Position numbers and translations under genes: made by a program. A stretch of 32,000 nucleotides of DNA. Source: Pyrodictium delaneyi. GTDB lineage: Archaea > Thermoproteota > Thermoprotei_A > Sulfolobales > Pyrodictiaceae. Numbering within the stretch: the first letter of the stretch is position 1; each line of letters opens with the position of its first letter. The stretch covers positions 1,710,001-1,742,000 of the forward strand of contig NZ_CP013011.1 of assembly GCF_001412615.1 (NCBI RefSeq), written 5' to 3'. Below, one piece after another: positions 7,773-19,098 of this stretch. The notes under the pieces were generated by a model. That model saw only the letters and a program-made list of their open reading frames with translations. It did no database searches and had not been told where the DNA came from.

Positions 7773-9101
7773 ATGGCGTCTGAGGCAGTCATCTCAGGAT
7801 TTGAAGTGGGACTGCTTGGTAGAATTATTGTTGCTTTGCTCTCCGGTATGCTTATAGGAATTGAACGTGAAAAAGCTAGGGCAGCGCTTGCAAGAAGGAA
7901 ACAGAAACGAATAGGTATAGAAGAATTTGTAGTCAAAGAGTTTCCGGGGCTCCGAACATTTAGCCTTGTAGCCGTATATGCAGCGGTCATCGGCATAATG
8001 TGGAACCGTAACCTCATAGATAGTATGCATGTATCTACTCTTCTTGCAGTATTCGGTTTGGTAGTAACATTATTCTCCGCTTATCGGCTTCTTGTCGCGA
8101 GAATGGCTGGTATAACTACTATAGTCGTCTTGTTAATGGACTTCGTTATAGGACTCCTGGCTGGTCTCGGAGAAGTGTTGTTGGCTGCAAGCATTGCTGT
8201 ATTAACCACTTTCATATTGGCCATAAAACTGCCTGCTGAAAGAATGGTCGGCAAGATACGGTACGAGGAACTTTTATGGGCACTAGAGCTTGGCGTAATA
8301 CTAGTAGTCATAGGACCATTCTTTCTCGAAGCAGAATACGAGTTCTATGGAGTCAGTCTCCGGAGCTTGTACTTATTCTTCGCACTTGTATTGGCGACAT
8401 CCTACATAGGCTACATTATGGCTAGGCTCAAGGGCGGGGAGGGTCTAGCCTATGCAGCCCTATTCGGTGGATTAGCTAACAGTGAGGCTACATTAATGGC
8501 CCTTCTTGCACTTGTTCCTGCCGAGCTGCGAAGAGTCCTCGCCTTTGATATAACAGTGCTCACTAATTCGGCTATGATACTGCGTAACGTTGTCATAGCA
8601 GTAGCAGCCGCCTACTTCGTTAGCTCAAAACCACTTCAGCTTAGTGACCTTGCACCGATCTTGATGGCTATGGTTCTATCCATAATGCCAGCTTTATTCT
8701 CATGGACTCGCTCGCTTCGTGGAGGTGCTCCCATAACCACTGTACGCATAGAAAATCCGTTACGTTTCAGCACAGCAGCAAAGAGTACCGCGTTGTATCT
8801 TATCATAACCTTCGTCTCGTATCTAGTCCAGCATAGTGGTCTAGCGAGTCTTGCAGTTGTCGTCATAGCAGGTGGATTTGTTTCAAGCAGTGCTACGATA
8901 CTTGTTCTATTTTCGCTTGGCAGCCTAGCACAAATCGATGTTGCCCGTCTTGCAGTTGTAGCAACGATAGCAGGCGTTCTGAACAAGACCATTTATGCAT
9001 ACCTAGTCGACAGTGACCCAGGTACACTAAAACGCGTAGGTATAGCGTGCGTACTTCAAGCACTGTTAATGACGCCTGGTCTTGTTCTGGAAGCTCTCTA
9101 G
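7773..9101 (+). CDS. MgtC/SapB-family membrane protein with an extended polytopic C-terminal domain (MgtC + DUF4010-like architecture)
   Basis: 442 aa and highly hydrophobic. The N-terminal LLSGMLIGIEREKA is the MgtC G..ERE signature. Confidence 0.75.
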   Translation: MASEAVISGFEVGLLGRIIVALLSGMLIGIEREKARAALARRKQKRIGIEEFVVKEFPGLRTFSLVAVYAAVIGIMWNRNLIDSMHVSTLLAVFGLVVTLFSAYRLLVARMAGITTIVVLLMDFVIGLLAGLGEVLLAASIAVLTTFILAIKLPAERMVGKIRYEELLWALELGVILVVIGPFFLEAEYEFYGVSLRSLYLFFALVLATSYIGYIMARLKGGEGLAYAALFGGLANSEATLMALLALVPAELRRVLAFDITVLTNSAMILRNVVIAVAAAYFVSSKPLQLSDLAPILMAMVLSIMPALFSWTRSLRGGAPITTVRIENPLRFSTAAKSTALYLIITFVSYLVQHSGLASLAVVVIAGGFVSSSATILVLFSLGSLAQIDVARLAVVATIAGVLNKTIYAYLVDSDPGTLKRVGIACVLQALLMTPGLVLEAL

Positions 9102-9631
9102 GAAAAACCAAATCTCTGGAACACGGCAACATAACCAAGATGTACGAGTACTGTTAATGACCTCACACCGCCTGCATAGAGTCCAGCAACAGCGTATGGC
9201 GGCGCGTCAGTAACGTCAACTATTTTCGCTGAAATACCCTTGGCAAGGCGTGCAACACGTCTAACGATGTCGCGTGCTGTAGGCTTGGAGGAAGCCTTTA
9301 GAGGCATACGGTAGACTTCGATGAATCCCTTCTCTTCAAGGATAGTAATAATCTTGTTAAGTGGTCTCCATCCAGGGAGAGGCTCACTAGATGTTATGAC
9401 ACGAACACGCCTCCCTTCCTGCCAGGCATAGGCTACAGCAGCTACTACGGGTTCTAGAGCAGTCATAACAATAACGGTATCTGGTTTGGCTTCTCCACCG
9501 ACACGCCTAGCTATAGATTCGAGCCCATGTTCAATGTCCTCAACAAGACGCTCGGCTAGTTTCTCTCGTGCTTCTTCACTACTCTCCATTAGAGCTAACC
9601 TAAACAACTCTCCAGCGCTTAGACTAGCCAT
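9098..9631 (-). CDS. hypothetical protein (alpha/beta, Rossmann-like pattern)
   Basis: I prefer the ATG at 9631 (MASLSAGELF..). GGGGTG (reverse complement of 9639-9644) lies 7 nt upstream, and the upstream gene ends at 9654. This gives 177 aa. The stop overlaps the MgtC-like gene's stop convergently. Confidence 0.5.
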   Translation of the reverse strand: MASLSAGELFRLALMESSEEAREKLAERLVEDIEHGLESIARRVGGEAKPDTVIVMTALEPVVAAVAYAWQEGRRVRVITSSEPLPGWRPLNKIITILEEKGFIEVYRMPLKASSKPTARDIVRRVARLAKGISAKIVDVTDAPPYAVAGLYAGGVRSLTVLVHLGYVAVFQRFGFS

Positions 9632-9653
9632 TGTTATACACCCCTGTCCTCGC

Positions 9654-10247
9654 CTATATTGGCTCCCTGATCCGAGTCGTGTTACAAGATACCTCTGCGT
9701 AGAACTTATCGCCACTATATGTTACACTAGCAACACATGCAGGAAGGGGGACGCACACGTATAGTACATTATCGACTCTAGCTACTCCTGGATCAGAACA
9801 AGTACCCATAATTACTAGACTCGGCTTCCACGATTCTATAGCGTCTCTTACCTCAAAGAGACCGTGCCGAACACCTATCTGTGAGTAATCAAATATACCA
9901 TGTGGTGGATACTCGCTCACAAGAATTAGCTTGTTGGGGCTTAGCTCACTAACTTCACGATTTATGGATTTAATGTTAGCTAATGGTTCTCTACCACCTA
10001 TGCCAGCTATATAGAGTCCGGAGCCATGGTATATAATATGGCCTTCGATGTTTATGGAATGGCTAGAGAATAGCCGTGCAACGTAATGGTCGTCACCTCT
10101 ACCTGGTAGAGTATAGACACGACGCCCTAGCTTCTCAAGTCTTACTATATCTCGTGCTTCTGGCGGCGAGCCTATTACAATAAGGATGTCAGCGTCGTTG
10201 TCGGTATTAGGAAGACTTCTCCTATAAGCCGCCAGTCTTAGTGACAC
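9654..10247 (-). CDS. metallophosphoesterase-fold-like protein with degenerate metal-binding motifs
   Basis: 197 aa with a GTG start. The order of strands and motifs (ILIVIGSPPE .. LPGRGDDHY .. IAGIGG .. LILVSEYPPHG .. VIMGTC) resembles calcineurin-like phosphoesterases, but the canonical D-x-H / GD / GNH[DE] residues are mostly replaced. Confidence 0.4.
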   Translation of the reverse strand: MSLRLAAYRRSLPNTDNDADILIVIGSPPEARDIVRLEKLGRRVYTLPGRGDDHYVARLFSSHSINIEGHIIYHGSGLYIAGIGGREPLANIKSINREVSELSPNKLILVSEYPPHGIFDYSQIGVRHGLFEVRDAIESWKPSLVIMGTCSDPGVARVDNVLYVCVPLPACVASVTYSGDKFYAEVSCNTTRIREPI

Positions 10248-10442
10248 AAAGCACCCCCGAGATATATGGGAAGTGCCTCGGCGCTACAATGTATCCTCAT
10301 CCCCGAGGATGTTTGTTGGAAACCTCGGGATCTGGCCGCCCATCGTTCCTCACTGGCTACAGTTGTGCATTAGGGGTGGATATGGGAGTTCTCACGACTA
10401 GTCTGTCCCCTACTGACAGTCTTTTCGCTGTTTCTCTGGCAA

Positions 10443-11018
10443 CTATTTCAAGTCTTCCTTGTCACAGTCAACTCGCTTTATAGGTATGTCAAGGCTACTG
10501 TTTATAGCATGCTGGAGCGCATATGCGAGGTCACTCAAACGATTAAGGATGCGAGCTGCTAGCCTGTGCTCTCTTTGTGGTTCTTTATCCAGAGCTTCTA
10601 TACATCGCCATAGGGAGCGCTCCGCCCTACGTATAACAGCTCTAGCATAAGATGTAGCGGCAGCCGCTGGATGACCACCGTTGAGTGTAAAGAATGGTTC
10701 GATGAACTTTGATAAATTGTCTATAATTTCTTCGAGTTGCTTTACATCATCTTCGCTTATGCATACTTTCCCATTTACAGTGAAACCCGTACGGAAGAGC
10801 AGTAGCTGCATGTATTCAAGGATCCTGGAGTACTCATCTACGGCCTCGTTTTTTCGGGAAGTAAGCGTTTCTAACAGACTCTGGGCCAGCCCTAGTGCAG
10901 CCTCAGCTTCGTCAAGGGCGCCAACAAACTCTATGCATGGGTGAGTCTTAGGAACACGACTTTTAGCTGCTAGGCATGTTGTATACCCGTCGTCCCCAGA
11001 CCTAGTGTACAGCTTCAT
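10443..11018 (-). CDS. pduO: PduO-type ATP:cob(I)alamin adenosyltransferase
   Basis: From the ATG at 11018, MKLYTRSGDDGYTTCLAAKSRVPKTHPCIEFVGALDEAEAALGLA matches the conserved PduO-type N-terminus (YT+.GD.G.T.L .. G..DE.n..lG). Confidence 0.85.
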   Translation of the reverse strand: MKLYTRSGDDGYTTCLAAKSRVPKTHPCIEFVGALDEAEAALGLAQSLLETLTSRKNEAVDEYSRILEYMQLLLFRTGFTVNGKVCISEDDVKQLEEIIDNLSKFIEPFFTLNGGHPAAAATSYARAVIRRAERSLWRCIEALDKEPQREHRLAARILNRLSDLAYALQHAINSSLDIPIKRVDCDKEDLK

Positions 11019-11080
11019 GCGCTTGACGTGTTGTTGCAGAGCAGCTCCCCCCGGAGGCACCTATTCTGGTGATAATGATT

Positions 11081-11114
11081 CTTGGTTTAAAAGACGTAGG
11101 CATGCTAAACCAAG
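11081..11114. promoter_or_regulatory. perfect 9-bp inverted repeat in a divergent intergenic region
   Basis: cttggttta (11081-11089) and taaaccaag (11106-11114) are separated by 16 nt. The repeat lies between the divergently transcribed adenosyltransferase and OFOR genes. Confidence 0.3.
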
Positions 11115-11294
11115 TAATTGTTTTGCTTGGAGGAAATTGAGTCAAGGCCTTCCTAGTGGTTTAGAAAGTAGTGCGCGAGTGTAGAGTATTGTTTAACCCG
11201 CGTAAACTAGTTTAACCTCTAAAGGTATCGTCCTAACATAGTATAGCAGAGTCTTTTAGTCATTTATGTGATATAAGCTAAGGTGTAGAGAGAT

Positions 11295-14160
<2,866 letters not shown>

Positions 14161-14188
14161 GCTTCTGTCCTCAAGGAGATCTTTGGCG

Positions 14189-14194
14189 TTTTTT
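14189..14194 (+). terminator. T6 tract after the OFOR operon
   Basis: gcgTTTTTTga lies 29 nt after the TGA at 14158-14160. Confidence 0.45.
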
Positions 14195-14313
14195 GATAAC
14201 GAGCTAGACTACTCTCCTGAACCCTCTATAGATACCGGGTATTGTTTCTTAGCCCCTTCTGTTCGAGAGCTTCCCTAGGGCTAAGTCAGTAGTACTCATG
14301 GGGGCGACTAGAA

Positions 14314-14832
14314 GTGGAACACATTGCCGGTACACGGGGGCCTCATAGTGTCAAGGGTAAGAGTTTCGTAGTGAGAAGGGCAACACTAGAGGATATACCA
14401 AAGGTAATTGTGATCAATAGAGTTACATTGCCCGAGAACTACCCCGAATGGTTTTGGCGTGAACACCTTGAGAAATGGGGTGATGCGTTCTTCGTAGCCG
14501 AGGTCGATGGCAAAGTCGTGGGCTACGTTATGTCAAGAGTAGAGTATGGCGCGCCCAATATAGCTAAAGGAACGCTCATCAAGAAGGGCCATATAGTCTC
14601 AATAGCAGTACTAGAGGGTTACCGCCGCCGTGGCATAGGAGCAGCTCTAATGAAAGCAGCTATTGAGGCTCTTCGCGACAAGTATGGCTGCAAGGAAGTA
14701 TATCTCGAGGTTCGTGTCTCTAATGAGCCTGCAATAAGGCTTTACGAGAAGCTAGGCTTCCAGAAAGTCCGAGTACTCCCAATGTACTACCTCGATGGCG
14801 AAGACGCGTACCTCATGGCTATGGAGCTCTAA
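14314..14832 (+). CDS. ard1: N-alpha-acetyltransferase, Ard1/NatA-like (GNAT)
   Basis: 172 aa with a GTG start. INRVTLPENYPEWFW, KGHIVSIAVLEGYRRRGIG and YLEVRVSNEPAIRLYEKLGF..YYLDGEDAYLMA closely parallel the Sulfolobus Ard1 sequence as I remember it. Confidence 0.88.
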   Translation: MEHIAGTRGPHSVKGKSFVVRRATLEDIPKVIVINRVTLPENYPEWFWREHLEKWGDAFFVAEVDGKVVGYVMSRVEYGAPNIAKGTLIKKGHIVSIAVLEGYRRRGIGAALMKAAIEALRDKYGCKEVYLEVRVSNEPAIRLYEKLGFQKVRVLPMYYLDGEDAYLMAMEL

Positions 14833-14906
14833 CTCAGCTAGACGAGACTAGTATAGCTACATGTAATAGGGTCTGAGTTTACAACTTCCCAAACGGTTAT
14901 GAATCT

Positions 14907-16307
14907 ATGACGGGTTATGTGAACACTAAAATAATAGCTACAGTTGGCCCGTCCTCATCATCATTCGAGGTCATAGAACAACTTGCTAGCCTTGGAGTAT
15001 CAGGATTTAGGATAAACTTTGCACACGGAGAACCAAGCCTCTGGAAGAGCTGGATAGAAATCATACGCGAGACCGAAAAGAGTATAGGACGCCCACTAGC
15101 CATTATAGGAGATTTAGTTGGTCCATCGATAAGGATAGGTGTTCTCGAAGAACCAATAACGCTTAGCCCAGGTGATGTAGCAGAGATAGTCTATGGGGAG
15201 AAGGCTAAGGGAGGCTCGGAGCGCATCATACCACTGCCGTTGCGTCGTGTATTCGAGGTGGTTGAGGAAGGCGATATACTAGTAATGAATGACGGAAGGG
15301 TGAAGCTCCGAGTAATAGATGTAAGGGGTTTGAGAATCCGTGTCGAAGCGTTAACTCCGGCTCGGATAACATCTCGTAAAGCCATAGTCATATTGAACCG
15401 TGACCCAGGACTCCCGGCTCTAACAGAGCGGGACATGCAATGTCTACGTTTTGCGTTGGACAATGAACTAGACTATGTAGCTTTGAGCTATGTACGCGGC
15501 GGAGAAGATATAGCTGTATTGAAAACACTTATAGCTAACGAAGGAGGAGATGTAGGAGTTGCGGCAAAGATTGAAACCCGAAGCGCTGTAGAGAACCTTT
15601 CATCAATAATAGAGGAATCGGATATAGTGATCGTAGCGCGTGGAGATCTTGGTATGAACTATGGCCTAGAGGAAATACCCCTACTACAAGAGCATATAGT
15701 CTACGAGACTAGGAGGCGCGGTAAACCAGTCATAGTTGCTACTCAGATACTTGAAAGCATGATAGATAATCCCGTGCCCACGCGAGCCGAGGTCATGGAC
15801 GTAGCTACTGCTGTGAAACAAGGTGTGGATGCTCTAATGCTGACAGGCGAGACGGCTATAGGAAAATATCCTGTGGAGGCCGTAAAATGGCTGCGTAAGA
15901 TAATAAGGCGTATTGAGGAAAGATATCCTCCACAGAAATTCCCTCCTTCGGATCATCAATGGGCTTATGCTAGCAGTATTGTGGAGACCGCTGAGAGGCT
16001 TAACGCCAGTCACATACTCGTCTACAGCATCGGCGGTACACTTCCACCCAAAATAGCAGCCTCAAGGCCTCTCGTTAAAACTATCATAGGTGTAGGTGAC
16101 GTTGCTAGGGCTCGTAGACTCGTAATAGTCTGGGGCCTCCACCTAAGGCATGTAGTGGCAGAGGGGTACGAGGATGGGCTTCATAAGCTTATCAAGGAGT
16201 TATGTCGGGACGGTGAAATACACCCAGGAGAGCTGATCATAAAGGCGTATCGGGAGGCACACAACAAGCATGTGATAATAGTTGAGAAGATGTATGGTTG
16301 TAATTAG
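14907..16307 (+). CDS. pyk: pyruvate kinase
   Basis: 466 aa. It carries TKIIATVGPSS, FRINFAHG, IAKIETR, VARGDLG and MLTGETA motifs. Confidence 0.93.
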   Translation: MTGYVNTKIIATVGPSSSSFEVIEQLASLGVSGFRINFAHGEPSLWKSWIEIIRETEKSIGRPLAIIGDLVGPSIRIGVLEEPITLSPGDVAEIVYGEKAKGGSERIIPLPLRRVFEVVEEGDILVMNDGRVKLRVIDVRGLRIRVEALTPARITSRKAIVILNRDPGLPALTERDMQCLRFALDNELDYVALSYVRGGEDIAVLKTLIANEGGDVGVAAKIETRSAVENLSSIIEESDIVIVARGDLGMNYGLEEIPLLQEHIVYETRRRGKPVIVATQILESMIDNPVPTRAEVMDVATAVKQGVDALMLTGETAIGKYPVEAVKWLRKIIRRIEERYPPQKFPPSDHQWAYASSIVETAERLNASHILVYSIGGTLPPKIAASRPLVKTIIGVGDVARARRLVIVWGLHLRHVVAEGYEDGLHKLIKELCRDGEIHPGELIIKAYREAHNKHVIIVEKMYGCN

Positions 16308-16308
16308 C

Positions 16309-16620
16309 CTATTTTAGCCCGAGCCTTTTGAGGGCATAGTATATAGTGGACTCTGGTCGGTCGAGCCTTTTTGCTATCTCGTAGACCGAGGCGCCGCTGA
16401 GGTATAACTCCCGTATTTGCGCTAACTCTTCGTCGCTTAGACGTCGGTGTCGGCGGTATCGCCCCTTTCTTCTTCGTATCCGGCCCATAGCCTCGAGTCT
16501 GTCAAGCGCCTTATAGACGGTGCTCATACTATTGCCACAATGTTTTGCTATCTCCTTTACTGGGATGCCCTGGCTGTAAAGCTTCTCGACAATCTCGAGA
16601 CACTCTTCAACAGAGGGCAA
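16309..16620 (-). CDS. tandem helix-turn-helix protein (paired HTH, like a transposase N-terminal domain)
   Basis: 103 aa with an internal duplication: IVEKLYSQGIPVKEIAKHCGNSMSTVYKALDRL versus IRELYLSGASVYEIAKRLDRPESTIYYALKRL. The two copies are joined by the Arg-rich linker GRIRRRKGRYRRHRR. Confidence 0.65.
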   Translation of the reverse strand: MPSVEECLEIVEKLYSQGIPVKEIAKHCGNSMSTVYKALDRLEAMGRIRRRKGRYRRHRRLSDEELAQIRELYLSGASVYEIAKRLDRPESTIYYALKRLGLK

Positions 16621-16635
16621 GACTCTATACTCCCC

Positions 16636-16647
16636 CCGCGTACGCGG
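16636..16647. promoter_or_regulatory. perfect 12-bp palindrome CCGCGTACGCGG, candidate operator
   Basis: It lies 16-27 nt upstream of the HTH gene start (16620). That places it between an A-rich TATA-like element (reverse complement of about 16653-16665, aaaaataagtaag) and the start codon. Confidence 0.35.
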
Positions 16648-16950
16648 TGCCGCTTACTTATTTTTCAGCATTCGGTTCCACTAGCCTCACGGGTATTAAT
16701 CCGTGCTGAAGGCTCCACCTATAGGTTAAATGTAGTCTGACTAGTACTGGTGCATAGTTACCTTTATGGCTATGATGCTGCTGCGCTGCCTAGATGTAGT
16801 TCTAATGAAGTATCGGTATAACTAGTGCTAGGATTATGGAGAGGTTTACTTATAGAGTTTGATGTTTAGCGGATGTTATAGTATGCTCCGTGAAGATATT
16901 ATTCTACATTTTCTATACTGCTGGACTGTTTAGGAACTATAAGAACTAGT

Positions 16951-16958
16951 TTTAAATA
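16951..16958 (+). promoter_or_regulatory. TATA box of the symporter operon
   Basis: tttaaata lies 28-35 nt upstream of the GTG at 16986, which implies a leaderless or near-leaderless transcript. Confidence 0.45.
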
Positions 16959-16985
16959 CTTCTACCAAAACCGCGTCAGTAGCCG

Positions 16986-17270
16986 GTGTACAGTACGTTG
17001 TCAGCATCGACTCCTGTAGACCGAGAAGGCTACAAGAGAGCCTTTACAGCAGCGACAATAGTATTCTTCATCGCCTGGGCGATAATAGCAATAGGCTTCC
17101 ACCTACCCGCCAAGAGTCTTTACGCACCACCAGGGAGTCCAGAGCGCATCAATGGCGCGCCACTCAACTGGTGGATGATACAGATCAGCATAGCTCTTGG
17201 TGTTGTACTGGCTTTTATCTATGCATACGTGATAAACAAGCTTGATGAGAAGTTTGGAATAGAAGCCTAA
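16986..17270 (+). CDS. small membrane subunit of a sodium:solute symporter (DUF4212-like)
   Basis: 94 aa with two TM segments. The C-terminal YAYVINKLDEKFGIEA resembles the conserved ..MNRLDREYG.. end of DUF4212 proteins. It lies directly upstream of the symporter with a 13-nt gap. Confidence 0.7.
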   Translation: MYSTLSASTPVDREGYKRAFTAATIVFFIAWAIIAIGFHLPAKSLYAPPGSPERINGAPLNWWMIQISIALGVVLAFIYAYVINKLDEKFGIEA

Positions 17271-17283
17271 GGGGTGAGACCGC

Positions 17284-18978
17284 ATGGATGTAATAGCGGT
17301 CTCATTCCTCATATCAACCATAATAGCTTATATGCTAATAGCATACAAGTCTAGAGCCTTCACAGCCGAAGAATTCTATGTTGCTGCACGCAGGGTCTCA
17401 CCAATACGTAATGGTATGGCTACTGCAGCAGACTGGATGAGTGGTGCAAGCTTCATATCAATGGCCGGTGCTGTAGCTGCGCTAGGCTATGATGCAAGCG
17501 TCTTCCTAATAGGATGGAGCCTCAGCTACGTGCTACTGGCAATGCTCGTTGCCCCGTTCCTACGCAGCTACGGCAAGTACACTATACCGGACTTCTTCGA
17601 GGACCGCTACTATAGCAAGAAGGCCCGCCTCTTTGCCGTGATAATGCTCTACGTCGTGTCACTGACATATCTGACAGGTCAGCTGCTAGGCGTAGGTATA
17701 GTAATGGCTCGAGCATTCGGAATAGATGCGACTATAATGACTCTAATAGCGCCATTGCTGGTACTGCTCTACAGCAGCTTCGGTGGTATGAAGAGCATCA
17801 CCTGGACACAGGTGGCACAGTATATAGTACTAATATCCGCGTACTGGCTGCCAATAGTACTGATGGGGCACTTATGGAACCCGATACCGCACATAGCCTA
17901 TGGCGAGCACGTTGCTAAGGTTGACGAGACTGTACTAGAGCTCAAAGGCCATGCATGGACGGAGCCATTCTGGCGCCCCTACGCTAGCGGTACAGGTCAG
18001 CTAAACTGGCTACTCAGCACACTAGCACTAATGCTCGGCACAATGGGTCTACCGCACGTACTAATGAGATTCTACACAGTGCCAAGCGTCCGTGACGCAC
18101 GTAAGAGCGTGGCCTGGAGCCTATTCTTCATAAGCCTGCTATACTTGACGGCCCCAGTATACGCTGCACTAGCCGGCGAGAAGGAATACATGCTCCATGC
18201 AATGGTGAAGGAGCTCAGCGGTCAGCCTATAGACGTTGTGAAGGAGGAGCTAATGAAGGAGGCATGGGTAAAGAAGTGGATGGAAGCAGGACTCATAAAG
18301 ATAGCTGACAAGAATGGCGATGGTATATTCGAGTATGGTGTAGACACGTTTAGCATACACAAGGACATCGCTGTACTAGGCTTACCTGACATGTACGGTC
18401 TAGGACCAATAGTGGCATCAATAATACTCGTAGGCGGTATATCGGCAGCACTATCAACAGCTGATGGTCTAATACTAGCAATGACCACAGCAGCTACACG
18501 TGACATCTACAAGTCCATAATTAACCCGCGTGCTACAGAGAAGAAAGAGCTAATGGTCGCCAGGATATCGATGGTGATAATAGCATTCGTATCTGGTACG
18601 CTAGCATATCTGATGGCTGCTAACCCTGTGATAAAGGCATACATAGCTAAGACAGTAGCCTGGGCCTTCGCGTTTGCAGCGTCGACACTAACGCCGGCGA
18701 TGGTGCTTGGACTCCACTGGAAGAGAGCTACCAAGGAGGGTGCCATAGCAGGTATGATAGCAGGCCTAGCGGTAGCGGTGCCATATGTAGTTGGTGTATC
18801 ACTAGGGTATATGGAGCCTGTAAGCATTGCAGGCCAGAAGATAGGCACAATAGCTTGGGGCGTAATAGGCTTCTTAGTAAACATAATAGTCAATGTAGTA
18901 GTGTCGCTAATGACTAGTGAGCCGCCAAAGAGGGTACAAGAGCTAGTCGAGCAGATAAAGGTGCCAGTGAAGAAATAA
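17284..18978 (+). CDS. sodium:solute symporter family transporter (ActP/monocarboxylate-permease-like)
   Basis: 564 aa and polytopic. The N-terminal region AARRVSPIRNGMATAADWMSGASFISMAG is typical of SSS carriers of the ActP type. I cannot determine the substrate from sequence alone. Confidence 0.88.
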   Translation: MDVIAVSFLISTIIAYMLIAYKSRAFTAEEFYVAARRVSPIRNGMATAADWMSGASFISMAGAVAALGYDASVFLIGWSLSYVLLAMLVAPFLRSYGKYTIPDFFEDRYYSKKARLFAVIMLYVVSLTYLTGQLLGVGIVMARAFGIDATIMTLIAPLLVLLYSSFGGMKSITWTQVAQYIVLISAYWLPIVLMGHLWNPIPHIAYGEHVAKVDETVLELKGHAWTEPFWRPYASGTGQLNWLLSTLALMLGTMGLPHVLMRFYTVPSVRDARKSVAWSLFFISLLYLTAPVYAALAGEKEYMLHAMVKELSGQPIDVVKEELMKEAWVKKWMEAGLIKIADKNGDGIFEYGVDTFSIHKDIAVLGLPDMYGLGPIVASIILVGGISAALSTADGLILAMTTAATRDIYKSIINPRATEKKELMVARISMVIIAFVSGTLAYLMAANPVIKAYIAKTVAWAFAFAASTLTPAMVLGLHWKRATKEGAIAGMIAGLAVAVPYVVGVSLGYMEPVSIAGQKIGTIAWGVIGFLVNIIVNVVVSLMTSEPPKRVQELVEQIKVPVKK

Positions 18979-19025
18979 ACGGGGAAACCTCATGAACCAA
19001 AATACTGTTCCACGTGACATATTGA

Positions 19026-19031
19026 TTTTTT
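19026..19031 (+). terminator. T6 tract after the symporter gene (may double as part of a TATA-like element for the next gene)
   Basis: gaTTTTTTacaa lies 48 nt after the TAA at 18976-18978 and 68 nt before the ATG at 19099. Confidence 0.35.
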
Positions 19032-19098
19032 ACAATCACACGTATTTCCCCACACACCGTCTAAGCTTCTCGAACATCTACTCCTATGTAGCAAGATT

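Noticed and set aside
9632-9715. A 28-codon N-terminal extension of the 9098.. ORF, as listed in the ORF track.
   Set aside because: The extension would overlap the upstream gene (which ends at 9654) by 62 nt. The internal ATG at 9631 has a GGGGTG ribosome-binding site at ideal spacing.
10241-10483. An 80-aa plus-strand ORF in the spacer between two minus-strand genes. I also checked this fairly GC-rich spacer for a tRNA.
   Set aside because: The ORF overlaps both neighbouring genes' ends and has no start context. I could not build an acceptor stem or T-arm (no GTTCRA-type motif). Only short hairpins are present, such as atcctc/gaggat at 10293-10310.
11019-11060. A GTG-initiated 14-codon extension of the adenosyltransferase ORF.
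   Set aside because: The conserved PduO-type N-terminus begins at MKLYTRSGDDG, so the ATG at 11018 is the natural start.
16772-16827. A C/D box-like arrangement: ATGATGC, 12 nt, TAGA, ATGAAGT, 12 nt, AGTG.
   Set aside because: Both D-type boxes and the last base of both C-type boxes deviate from consensus, and there is no terminal stem. It is too degenerate to call.
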